This document shows, one piece after another, positions 31,000 through 41,032 of a DNA stretch of 64,000 bases. Numbering within the stretch: the first letter of the stretch is position 1; each line of letters starts with the position of its first letter. Both the position numbers and the translations under genes were made by a program. The stretch is from an uncultured Hyphomicrobiaceae bacterium (GTDB lineage Bacteria > Pseudomonadota > Alphaproteobacteria > Rhizobiales > CAYWUX01): assembly GCA_964461525.1 (NCBI GenBank), contig CAYWUX010000001.1, forward strand, positions 271,465 through 335,464, read 5' to 3'. Below the pieces are notes generated by a model. It searched no databases. It saw only the letters and a program-made list of their open reading frames with translations, and was not told the origin of the DNA.

Positions 31000-31860
31000 A
31001 TGGCGGAAATACTAATGAAAGATATACTTGAACTCCTGAACCATCGATTTGGTTGCAGTCTTGCAGACCCTACATTATCAACAGCTGCCCGAACCGGCAT
31101 TTCAAACCGGACCGCCGTTGAAGTAATGGCCCGCCACGCTTCGTGCCGCAATTACACCGACGAGCCTGTCAGCCCCGAGTTGATTGAGCTTGCCTGCGCC
31201 CTGGCATTCGCCGCCCCCACCAAAAGCGACCTTCAGCAGAGAGACATTATCGTTATTGAAGACAAAACAAAAAGAGACCGCATAAACCAGCTCATGCGCC
31301 ATGATTGGATTGCCAACGCCCCGGTATTTCTGGTGTTTTGCGCCAACAACCGCCGTCAGACTCTGCTTCATGAGTGGCGGCATATTCCGTTCGCCAACGA
31401 TCATCTCGATGCATTATTCAATGCATCAGTGGACGCCGGCATTGTGTTGGCCAATTTTGTAGTCGCCGCACAGGCCCTCGGCCTTGGCTGCTGTCCACTC
31501 AGCGCATTGCGCTTTCATCTTGACGAAATCAATGAACTGCTCGAACTTCCGGATCGTGTATTTCCGGTTGCCGGAATGACTGTCGGTTGGCCAAATACAG
31601 AAACTGAAATCAGTTTAAGGCTGCCACTTGATATAACACTGCACAAGGATGTTTACCGGGAAACAGAACTGAAACGGCGGATTGACGAATACGATTCCAG
31701 ACGCGATGCTATTCAGCCGATGTCCGGACAAAGATTTGCGGCGGAGTATGGAGAGGTCGAAAATTATGGCTGGTCGGAAGACAAGGTTCGACAATATTCA
31801 AAACCAGAAAGAGCGGACTTTGGCCGCTACATCAAAGCAAAACGGTTTAATCTCGAATAA
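31000..31860 (+). CDS. nitroreductase-family NAD(P)H oxidoreductase (NfsA-like)
   Basis: ORF 30973..31860, with ATGs at 31000 and 31015. Contains RHASCRNYTDEPVS and DAGIVLANFVVAAQALGLG. The start is uncertain. Confidence 0.8.
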   Translation: MAEILMKDILELLNHRFGCSLADPTLSTAARTGISNRTAVEVMARHASCRNYTDEPVSPELIELACALAFAAPTKSDLQQRDIIVIEDKTKRDRINQLMRHDWIANAPVFLVFCANNRRQTLLHEWRHIPFANDHLDALFNASVDAGIVLANFVVAAQALGLGCCPLSALRFHLDEINELLELPDRVFPVAGMTVGWPNTETEISLRLPLDITLHKDVYRETELKRRIDEYDSRRDAIQPMSGQRFAAEYGEVENYGWSEDKVRQYSKPERADFGRYIKAKRFNLE

Positions 31861-31951
31861 GACGCATAACTGCGATCTTATCCACCAGCGGACCGAGAAA
31901 CGCAACAATTCGATGCAGAGACAAAAATAGAAAGCTAAATCAGGATTCTCC

Positions 31952-32488
31952 ATGTCCAGAATAGATGAAAATTTACCATTTATAGCCGTCAGGATTGCTG
32001 TACTGACGGTTTCCGATACCCGTACCGCCAAAGAAGATAAATCAGGTCGCATTCTCGGTGAAATGTTAACCGAGGCAGGTCACGAACTGGCAGAACATGC
32101 GGTTGTGAAGGATGACGTTCCTGCTATCCAGGCCCAGGTAAAGGCCTGGATCGAACATCCCGATGTCGATGTTATTATCACGACAGGTGGCACGGGGTTT
32201 ACCGGCCGTGATGTTACGCCTGAAGCCGTTCGCCCTCTTTTTGAAAAAGAAATCGACGGGTTCTCGGTTTTATTCCACCAGCTGAGTTACGACAAGGTGG
32301 GCACATCGACAATACAATCCCGCGCCTGCGGCGGTGTCTGCCGGGGGACATACATATTTTGTGTTCCCGGTTCCCCGGGAGCCTGCAGAGATGCCTGGCA
32401 CGGTATTTTGAAATTTCAGCTCGACTATCGCCACAGACCATGCAATTTCGTTGAAATTATGCCGCGCCTGGAGGAGCACAGGAATTAG
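31952..32488 (+). CDS. moaB: molybdenum cofactor biosynthesis protein B
   Basis: 178 aa. MoaB/Mog block [20 protein letters not shown]. Confidence 0.88.
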   Translation: MSRIDENLPFIAVRIAVLTVSDTRTAKEDKSGRILGEMLTEAGHELAEHAVVKDDVPAIQAQVKAWIEHPDVDVIITTGGTGFTGRDVTPEAVRPLFEKEIDGFSVLFHQLSYDKVGTSTIQSRACGGVCRGTYIFCVPGSPGACRDAWHGILKFQLDYRHRPCNFVEIMPRLEEHRN

Positions 32489-33128
32489 CTTTGCCTGTCC
32501 TGACCAGCACGAACCGTCCCTCAACTCCGGAAAGTCTGCGAAAGTCCGCCAGTTCATCAACATCATTGAGCGTTTCGCAGAATCCGACGTCAAAATTTTT
32601 GAGATTTTCAAGTGTGTCGTCGAGTGTTGTCGAACTTGACCAGTCTACATTGTCAAATATTCTGAGCAGGCGTGGCGCGCGCCTGAGGCCGATTAACCAG
32701 TAGCCACCATCTCCAGCAGGACCTATTACAGCGTCTTTTTGCCTCAATATTCGGAATGCCCGATCTACATGTGACGGAGTAATCTCGGGAATATCTGTTC
32801 CAATAATTATGATCGGACCCTTAAAGTCCAGATTAAAGATCCTCTGCATTCTGTGGCCGAGATCTCCCCGGCCCTGCGCAACCAGTTCGCCCCCGAAAAT
32901 CTTATCCCCGACGAACCTCCAGTTTCTCCGGTTAAGCGCTGAATCCGGGGACACGGCCAGTTTCGTAGTCCAGCGCCTGTCGAAAGTCAGCCGCCGGATG
33001 ATGTTTGATGCTGTTACCCTGAAAAATCTGGTGGCGGCTACCTCACCAATATCTTTCGCCAAACGGGTCTTAACGGCTCCCGCAACCGGATATTTGACCA
33101 TGATAACCAGTGTGCAGATTGTTCTCAT
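32457..33128 (-). CDS. DUF2064 / TIGR04282-like nucleotidyl- or glycosyl-transferase
   Basis: ORF 32457..33173. I prefer the ATG at 33128 because [24 protein letters not shown] matches the usual N-terminus of the family. Also contains [11 protein letters not shown]. Confidence 0.75.
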   Translation of the reverse strand: MRTICTLVIMVKYPVAGAVKTRLAKDIGEVAATRFFRVTASNIIRRLTFDRRWTTKLAVSPDSALNRRNWRFVGDKIFGGELVAQGRGDLGHRMQRIFNLDFKGPIIIIGTDIPEITPSHVDRAFRILRQKDAVIGPAGDGGYWLIGLRRAPRLLRIFDNVDWSSSTTLDDTLENLKNFDVGFCETLNDVDELADFRRLSGVEGRFVLVRTGKANSCAPPGAA

Positions 33129-33179
33129 GTGCGTATTTTTATTGAGCGGATCCGTTTTCTTCCAAGCCGGCAAACCTGA

Positions 33180-33872
33180 CTAGCCATAAATGCGATCAAT
33201 ATATCGGGGCGGCACTCGAAGATAATACAAGGCCAGGCAAGAAAGATTACGCATCATGCGCATGACGTACCCTTCTTTTTTATATCGCTTGGCACTTGTG
33301 ATTGCCCGGCTTTGAAACATCACCAGTCTTTTGCGCCCCAAACGCCTGACGATATCGACATCCTCCATAAGTGGCAGCGTTTTAAATCCTCCGAGTTCCC
33401 TGTAAAGCGACTTGGGCAGCAATAACCCCTGGTCTCCATAAGGCAGCGCCAATACGAAACATCTCACATTGACAACAAACTCCAGAAATCGGGGCATATA
33501 GCCGAAATCATCGAGCGAGAATTTGAAGGCCGCGGCAGTTTCATTTAATTCACCATTTTCAACACGTTCTATGAAACGTGCCGCTTCCTTTTCCCAGCCA
33601 TTTTCCAGAATAGTGTCCGCGTGCAGAAACAGAAGCCACTCACCACGGGCAAAATCGGCTCCGACCGCAAGCTGCGAGCCCCGTCCCTTGGGCGACTGAA
33701 TATAGTGAGCCCCGCCCTGCTCCGCGAGATCCGCGGCGTCACAGGTTGTTGACCCCCCGTCCACCACTATAACCTCTTTTATCAGGCCAATGACGACAGC
33801 CGGTACCAATGCGGCCATCACACCGGCGAGGCGCTTATCAGGATTGAACGTCGGAATAACAATCGAAATCAT
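33180..33872 (-). CDS. family-2 glycosyltransferase, TIGR04283-like
   Basis: 230 aa. Contains MISIVIPTFN, VVDGGSTT, LFLHADT, YGDQG and PLMEDVDIVRR. Confidence 0.8.
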   Translation of the reverse strand: MISIVIPTFNPDKRLAGVMAALVPAVVIGLIKEVIVVDGGSTTCDAADLAEQGGAHYIQSPKGRGSQLAVGADFARGEWLLFLHADTILENGWEKEAARFIERVENGELNETAAAFKFSLDDFGYMPRFLEFVVNVRCFVLALPYGDQGLLLPKSLYRELGGFKTLPLMEDVDIVRRLGRKRLVMFQSRAITSAKRYKKEGYVMRMMRNLSCLALYYLRVPPRYIDRIYG

Positions 33873-33920
33873 GGGTCAGGTTTTTACCATGGAGCGATAA
33901 AATTCAACAAGAGGGTGAAT

Positions 33921-33951
33921 TTGACTTCCCTTAAATGTTCATGTTATGTTC
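33921..33951 (+). promoter_or_regulatory. candidate sigma70-type promoter overlapped by an alphaproteobacterial LexA (SOS) box
   Basis: TTGACT at 33921-33926, an 18-nt spacer, then TATGTT at 33945-33950. GTTC-atgttat-GTTC at 33937-33951 is an exact GTTC-N7-GTTC direct repeat. It lies 123 nt upstream of the radical SAM start and 65 nt from the divergent GT2 start. Confidence 0.6.
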
Positions 33952-34073
33952 TAATCAGCTTTTAACCGTAGATATCTGATGAGATATCAGATGTTCGACC
34001 GTATCAAGGATCTGAAGAAAGTTATTCTATTTACAGCAGCAACCCAAAATGGAACAGGTTTTTCAACAAAACA

Positions 34074-35150
34074 ATGGCAGATCTCCTTCCCCCGAACTTT
34101 CGTCGTGGACGCGGCAGCCAATCCAACAATTCCGGTCGTTACGAAACGTTGACCCGCGACTGGTTTGATGATGGCTGGTCAACCCTTGAGGAAATAGATA
34201 CCCTGCGGAACTCCGTCAGGCTAGAGCAGGCAAAAAACATTATATCGACCAACAAGTCGCCCGATATCAGTTTCGATCAGTCAATCAATCCTTATCGGGG
34301 CTGTGAACATGGCTGCATTTACTGTTATGCCCGCCCGACGCACGCTTATCTCGGACTATCGCCCGGTCTCGATTTTGAGTCCAAATTGGTGGCCAAGCCC
34401 AATGCGCCGGAAAGATTGCGATGCCAGTTGGCCGCACCGAATTATCATCCTAAAACTATAGCGCTCGGGACCAATACAGATCCCTACCAGCCGATTGAAC
34501 GACAATTTGGCATTACTCGTCAACTCCTTGAAATCATGGAGGAAACCAATCATCCCGTTGTCATCGTAACAAAATCGTCTCTGGTCCTGCGGGACCTGGA
34601 TATTCTGGAGAGGCTGGCTTCCCGCGGTTTGGTCAAAGTGGCAATATCCATTACCTCGCTAAACCACAAACTATCGAGAAAAATGGAACCAAGGGCCAGC
34701 ACACCTAAAAAGCGCGTTGTGGCGCTTAGAAAGTTGGAACAAAGGGGTATACCAACGGCTGTTATGGTCGCACCTATTATTCCCGCTTTAAATGAGTTCG
34801 AAATAGAAAATATTCTAACCAGGGTAGCAAATCAGGGCACGCGGGAGGCCGGTTATGTCATTCTGCGATTGCCCCTGGAAGTAAAAGACCTTTTCCACGA
34901 ATGGCTGACAGCGGAGTTTCCCAACAGGGCGAAGCGTGTTTTATCCCTGGTTTACAACATGAGAGACGGGAAGGCCTATAAATCTGAATGGGGGGAGAGA
35001 ATGCGTGGCCGCGGACCATACGCAGATCAGATTGCGCGAAGATTTGAGATGGCCATGAAGCGGTTGAACATGAACAACCGCCAACTTCCGCTTCGCACGG
35101 ATTTGTTCCGGCCACAGGAGCGTTCGGGACAACAGTTACCCCTGCTCTAG
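34074..35150 (+). CDS. PA0069-family radical SAM protein (COG1533, SplB-like)
   Basis: 358 aa. Contains RGRGSQSNNSGRYE, NPYRGCEHGCIYCYARPTHAYLGLSPGLDFE (CxxxCxxC cluster) and TNTDPYQPIE. Confidence 0.88.
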   Translation: MADLLPPNFRRGRGSQSNNSGRYETLTRDWFDDGWSTLEEIDTLRNSVRLEQAKNIISTNKSPDISFDQSINPYRGCEHGCIYCYARPTHAYLGLSPGLDFESKLVAKPNAPERLRCQLAAPNYHPKTIALGTNTDPYQPIERQFGITRQLLEIMEETNHPVVIVTKSSLVLRDLDILERLASRGLVKVAISITSLNHKLSRKMEPRASTPKKRVVALRKLEQRGIPTAVMVAPIIPALNEFEIENILTRVANQGTREAGYVILRLPLEVKDLFHEWLTAEFPNRAKRVLSLVYNMRDGKAYKSEWGERMRGRGPYADQIARRFEMAMKRLNMNNRQLPLRTDLFRPQERSGQQLPLL

Positions 35151-35229
35151 CTGGATCTGCCTAGGATTCCTCCATCAGCTTTGGATTTTTAAAATATTGC
35201 AGGGGTTATGGAGTTGACAGGCATTCATT

Positions 35230-35907
35230 ATGCCATTCAGTCTTACACCATCTTCCAAACTGATTCGGTTCAATACAAATCCAATGAACCAACTGCGACC
35301 CTCATTTGATGAAGAAACAAAATTAGCCGGGAGTTTCGGTTCTCGTATTGCTGGCATTGACGAGGCCGGACGCGGACCGTGGGCTGGTCCGGTGGTGGCT
35401 GCCGCCGTAATTCTGGATCCCGATAATATTCCGGATGGGTTGAACGATTCAAAACAAATAAAAGCCGGCGACCGGGACCGTCTTTTCGATCAGATTTTGA
35501 ATGGTTCTGACGTTGGTATTGGAATAGGGCACGTCGGACAGATTGACAGAGATAACATCCTGCAGACGACGCTTTGGACGATGGGCCAAGCGGTTGCAGA
35601 TCTCACCGCTGCCCCGGACGCCGCATTAGTGGATGGTAACAAATGCCCCGAATTGAACTGCCCGGTACAGGCCCTCGTCAAGGGAGACGGCCTGTCGCTA
35701 TCAGTCGCTGCGGCCTCAATTATTGCGAAGGTCACCCGCGACCGGATCATGGTGGATCTGGCCCGGAACCATCCGGGCTATGGATGGGAACGCAATAAGG
35801 GGTACGGTACGGCCGAACATCATCGGGCGATATACCGCCTTGGTGTTACAGCTCATCACCGCCGCTCGTTCAAGCCTGTCCGCGCAGTGCTCAACAGACA
35901 AACATAA
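35230..35907 (+). CDS. rnhB: ribonuclease HII
   Basis: 225 aa. Contains GIDEAGRGPWAGPVVAAAV and DSKQ. An alternative ATG lies at 35284. Confidence 0.92.
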   Translation: MPFSLTPSSKLIRFNTNPMNQLRPSFDEETKLAGSFGSRIAGIDEAGRGPWAGPVVAAAVILDPDNIPDGLNDSKQIKAGDRDRLFDQILNGSDVGIGIGHVGQIDRDNILQTTLWTMGQAVADLTAAPDAALVDGNKCPELNCPVQALVKGDGLSLSVAAASIIAKVTRDRIMVDLARNHPGYGWERNKGYGTAEHHRAIYRLGVTAHHRRSFKPVRAVLNRQT

Positions 35908-36151
35908 AATTAATCGTGTTGGGTCCACTCTTGGTTTAACATTCGCTATGAAAGCATCCCGCCGGGCACTCCAATTTCTATTCCGCAATGCTCAGACCAC
36001 AAATTTATGGGCTATGGAAAAGGCTGTAGACTTCCGGACTCTGGAGCTGTAGGAAGTACGGTGAGGGTCCCACGGGGGGTGCATCGCGATTGCTGAGTCA
36101 GGTGAGACAGAACAGTCCGTGAGCGGTTCCGTTGTTTGAATTGTAGAGTGA

Positions 36152-37285
<1,134 letters not shown>

Positions 37286-37357
37286 GGTCACAGGGCAAAG
37301 CATGGGGTAAAATACGGCTGCTCTTCTCATAATGCTGTTCGTCACATTATATTGTCG

Positions 37358-38431
37358 TCAATTGTGTTCCATAGCGTGGGCTATGACTTTCCGCATGACG
37401 CTTGGCAGCGCCTGATCTTTAAGTTCTGATCTGTGCACCCAAATACAGTGTTCCGGCTTTGCCCATAAATTCAACGTTGTCTCCAACGGTACGACGGCCC
37501 GGTAGACCAACAATTCCAGCCTGAAATGCGTGAATGTGTGGTGGACCTGCCCAGGCACAAGCCACCAATCGCCGTGAACCGGAGCAATCTGCGACAATTC
37601 ATCTAACGAGGGTGGAATATCGAGCCAGTCCGAGGACGGAATTTCCATCATTCCCCCCAGCAAACCCTCCCGGGGACGGGTTCGCAATAACACACAACCA
37701 TCTTCCCGCAACGAAAAAAACGCCGCGCCACATCTGAGAGGGCGCTCGCCTCTGGGGGCTCTAGCTGGCAGCTGTCCCTGAATTCCCTGTTCATAGGCCT
37801 GACAATGAGACTTGATCGGGCAAAGCATACAGGATGGTCTTTTGGGAGAACAGACAGTCGCACCCAGATCCATTATGGCCTGGGCATAATCTCCGGGCCG
37901 GAATTGCGGCGTCAGGGTTTCTGCCCGTTGCTTTAGTTCTGCTTTTGCCTGCGGCAAGGGTGTTTTTACCGCAAACAGCCTGCTGATGACCCGTTCAACA
38001 TTTCCGTCCACGACCGTTGCCGGCACATCAAATGCGATAGCGGCAATAGCAGCAGCCGTATAAGGCCCGATCCCCGGCAGCTTCAAAAGTTCCTCTTCCT
38101 GGGATGGAAACCGGCCCTTAAATTCGGAGACGACCTGTCGGGCACATTTGTGCAGATTTCTGGCGCGTGAATAATAACCTAGGCCGGCCCAATTTCTCAG
38201 AACGTCTTCCAGCGATGCCGCGGCCAGCTTTTCCACTGTCGGCCATTTTGTGATGAATTTCTCGAAGTAAGTTGTAACTGATTTTACGGTTGTCTGCTGC
38301 AACATAACCTCTGAAAGCCAGACTTTATAAGGATCAGCAGCGATACCGGGAGCATATCTCCAAGGCAGATCCCGTCTGGCCCGATCATACCAACGGGTTA
38401 ACTGTTCTGATAAATCAATGCTTTGTGTCAT
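37358..38431 (-). CDS. mutY: A/G-specific adenine glycosylase
   Basis: ORF 37358..38461 opens at a GTG, and the ATG at 38431 gives MTQSIDLSEQLTRWYDRARRDLPWR. It has an HhH-GPD region, the Fe-S loop CSPKRPSCMLCPIKSHC and a C-terminal NUDIX-like domain. Confidence 0.93.
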   Translation of the reverse strand: MTQSIDLSEQLTRWYDRARRDLPWRYAPGIAADPYKVWLSEVMLQQTTVKSVTTYFEKFITKWPTVEKLAAASLEDVLRNWAGLGYYSRARNLHKCARQVVSEFKGRFPSQEEELLKLPGIGPYTAAAIAAIAFDVPATVVDGNVERVISRLFAVKTPLPQAKAELKQRAETLTPQFRPGDYAQAIMDLGATVCSPKRPSCMLCPIKSHCQAYEQGIQGQLPARAPRGERPLRCGAAFFSLREDGCVLLRTRPREGLLGGMMEIPSSDWLDIPPSLDELSQIAPVHGDWWLVPGQVHHTFTHFRLELLVYRAVVPLETTLNLWAKPEHCIWVHRSELKDQALPSVMRKVIAHAMEHN

Positions 38432-38605
38432 TTCAACAACAGATTGGATCGCGTGTTTCACGAATTTAGTCCCAATTTCCTGCGAATCAATAATATGATG
38501 CTATTCTCTTTTTGGGTTGGATAGCGAATCCAAGTACCGAGTTCCCACAACAGATCTTTAGATTCGGGTCAAAAACTGAGGCCCCGCCAGGAAGGACAGC
38601 TCGGT

Positions 38606-39181
38606 ATGTCATATATATCAGACCATGGTTCAAGGCCTGCTCACCCATCTAGAGTTTCCAGCAAACCAACTTTCAGAACGGTTGGCTCCCTGTTACCGAA
38701 ACTGACCAAACCTGTATTCGAAAAATACGGTTTTTCCATTACGTCAATCATTACCGAATGGACAGTGATTGTTGGTCAGGATTTGGCGAATTTCACCCAG
38801 CCAGAGAAACTGAAGTGGAATAGGCAAAAGGCTGATGCGCACGGAGAAAATTTTAATTCCTCGAATTTGACTGGCAAATCGGGAGTTTTGGACGGTGCGA
38901 CTCTGGTATTAAGAGTAGACGGGCCTCGTGCCATTGAAGTCCAGTTTCAGTCCGAGCAAATCATTGAACGCATTAACTGTTTTTTCGGTTACAAAGCCGT
39001 AACCGAGATAAGAATCCTTCAGGCCCCATTGAGCAAAAACGAGAATTCTAAGCAGTTCCCACCCCCTCTTCGCCCGGCGTCGGGAGTTACAGGTCTTAAG
39101 GAAATCCGGGATAAGCACCTTCGTCTCGCCCTCGCTCGCATGGCCAGCGGCGTCAAAAGGGAGCAAACGGCTCGAAACTGA
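38606..39181 (+). CDS. DUF721 (DciA-like) protein
   Basis: 191 aa. Contains IITEWTVIVGQDLANFTQPEKL, ATLVLRVDGPRAIEVQFQSEQIIERINCFFGYKAVTEIRILQ, the typical DUF721 pattern. Confidence 0.75.
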   Translation: MSYISDHGSRPAHPSRVSSKPTFRTVGSLLPKLTKPVFEKYGFSITSIITEWTVIVGQDLANFTQPEKLKWNRQKADAHGENFNSSNLTGKSGVLDGATLVLRVDGPRAIEVQFQSEQIIERINCFFGYKAVTEIRILQAPLSKNENSKQFPPPLRPASGVTGLKEIRDKHLRLALARMASGVKREQTARN

Positions 39182-39421
39182 AGGGATCATCAGATTGATA
39201 TCAGTACAGGTTCTGGAAAATTTGGCGTCGGCAAGAAGATTATGCCCGCACGTCAATTTGGACATATTCGTGCACAATTCTGCAGCTATGCAGAGACTTC
39301 TTGCAACAAATTTCCGGGTTCACAATCTTATGTACGAAAATTGTCTGTATCAGCTGGTTGATAAAAGATAGAAAATGTTATTCAAACAATCTGAGTTTAA
39401 AGATCAGAATTGGAGATTGTT

Positions 39422-40138
39422 GTGCCGCAGGATAATCTACTAGATAAGCTACCGGTGTCGCGTCGAAACGCGCTGATTGGGGGCCTGTCCGTGGTCGCAG
39501 TAGCAGCTCTTGTCGGTGGTTATATATTCAGTGGGTCGCCGTCATCTCCTCCACAGGTGGTCAAAGCTGATCAGACTGATGCTAAATTCGCAGATTTGAT
39601 GCAGCCCGGCCAATTACCAGAAAATTCAACCGGAAATGAGAAAGCTCCGGTCACAATCATTGAATACTCGTCCATGAGTTGCCCGCACTGCGCAGCTTTC
39701 CACAAAAATACACTTCCGAACCTCAAGAAAAAATACATAGACACCGGAAAAGTTCGTTACATCATACGGGAATTTCCTTTGAATAACCCGGCTCTTGCCG
39801 CGGCAATGCTTGCACGCTGCACCGGTAAGGAAAAGTTTTTTCCTTTCGTCGAGGTTCTGTACGATAAACAGGAACAGTGGGCATTTGGACAACAGGGAGA
39901 AGTCGAAAATCAGTTGTTTGAAATCTCAAAACAGGCCGGATTCACCAAAGATGAGTTTCTTGAGTGTTTCAAGAATGATACTCTCTTTAAGGGTATAATG
40001 GCCGTAAGGGAACGGGGCTCCAAGCAGTTCGGTGTAAATTCCACCCCTACATTTTTTATCAACGGCAAAATGATGACGGGGTCTCAAAATTTTGACGACT
40101 TTGAGAAGATAATTGAGCCCATATTGTCAAACAGCTGA
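39422..40138 (+). CDS. DsbA-family thiol:disulfide oxidoreductase, membrane-anchored or Tat-like N-terminus
   Basis: ORF 39410..40138. I prefer the GTG at 39422, which lies 6 nt after GGAG. Active site SCPHC. N-terminus VSRRNALIGGLSVVAVAALVGG. Confidence 0.85.
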   Translation: MPQDNLLDKLPVSRRNALIGGLSVVAVAALVGGYIFSGSPSSPPQVVKADQTDAKFADLMQPGQLPENSTGNEKAPVTIIEYSSMSCPHCAAFHKNTLPNLKKKYIDTGKVRYIIREFPLNNPALAAAMLARCTGKEKFFPFVEVLYDKQEQWAFGQQGEVENQLFEISKQAGFTKDEFLECFKNDTLFKGIMAVRERGSKQFGVNSTPTFFINGKMMTGSQNFDDFEKIIEPILSNS

Positions 40139-40259
40139 ATGGGTCGCTTGAACCAAACAACAAGAGAGCTTTGGATATATCTGTGGTCATCGGCTTGCGG
40201 CAATTTTGATAATTAATGACAAAGATTTTTGGTTGGACATAAAGAGCTGGTTTTGTGCG

Positions 40260-41003
40260 ATGCCTGAATCAAACAGCAGACGTTTGGTCATTCATGGCCT
40301 ATTTGCCACAACCTTAGTTGGCCTTGCGGGTTGTGGTAACGGTTCCAATGGCGTCGCTGTCAGTCCGGTCAACTTTTCGGATGACGATCCCATCAGCGGT
40401 GACCCAGCCAATGCAAATAAGAGCAAACTCACCCTGCAGGCGGATGGAACGCCAAAACCTGAAGAACTGATGAAAGCTGGCCCCCTTGGGGAAAAGTCGA
40501 TGGGTTCGGACGCGGCCCCCGTTACACTAATAGAATATGCCTCACTGACCTGCCCTTATTGCAGGGCCTTTCATATGCAGACCTGGCCGACACTGAAGCG
40601 TAACTACATCGATACCGGAAAAGTCAGGTTCATATTGCGGGAATTTCCCATTGGTCACGCATCGGGCGCCGCCACAATTGCCATGCGCTGTCTTGGCCAG
40701 GACAACACTGCACGCTATTTCGAACTCTACCACAAATTTATTACCCAGCAGAAAAAATGGGTGTCCTTGGAAGTTCGACGGGACAAAATATTCAGTATTG
40801 CGGCTCAGACCGGAATTTCGCGACAGCAGTTCGATGCGTGCTATGCGAATCAGGAAATTTTGGAAGGGCTTAAATGGGTGAAACAGAGAGGCCGTGATCT
40901 CGGTGTTTCGGGCACACCTACGTTTTTCATTAACGGCAAGAAAGCCCGGTCCGTGTTATCGATGGAAGAAATTAAAAAAATGGCCGCCCCAATGTTATCG
41001 TGA
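40260..41003 (+). CDS. DsbA-family thiol:disulfide oxidoreductase, lipoprotein
   Basis: ORF 40206..41003. The ATG at 40260 gives MPESNSRRLVIHGLFATTLVGLAGCGNG (lipobox LAGC). Active site TCPYC. Confidence 0.85.
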   Translation: MPESNSRRLVIHGLFATTLVGLAGCGNGSNGVAVSPVNFSDDDPISGDPANANKSKLTLQADGTPKPEELMKAGPLGEKSMGSDAAPVTLIEYASLTCPYCRAFHMQTWPTLKRNYIDTGKVRFILREFPIGHASGAATIAMRCLGQDNTARYFELYHKFITQQKKWVSLEVRRDKIFSIAAQTGISRQQFDACYANQEILEGLKWVKQRGRDLGVSGTPTFFINGKKARSVLSMEEIKKMAAPMLS

Positions 41004-41032
41004 ATTGCCATGCAGCCCCAACATGGCAATTC
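41002..41032 (+). other. perfect 11-bp inverted repeat overlapping the dsbA stop codon
   Basis: GAATTGCCATG (41002-41012), a 9-nt loop, then CATGGCAATTC (41022-41032). No U-tract follows, so either a factor-dependent or stabilising hairpin or a protein-binding palindrome is possible. Confidence 0.45.

Noticed and set aside
31878-31886. DnaA-box-like TTATCCACC upstream of moaB.
   Set aside because: It is a single 8/9 match with no cluster, no AT-rich unwinding element and no origin-linked genes (hemE, dnaA, parAB). It is not an origin.
33979-34149. Small upstream ORF of about 56 codons, starting within the tandem 12-mer and overlapping the radical SAM start out of frame.
   Set aside because: It has no RBS, is below the ORF-track threshold, and its sequence continues into the well-supported radical SAM reading frame region. 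There is no evidence of coding.
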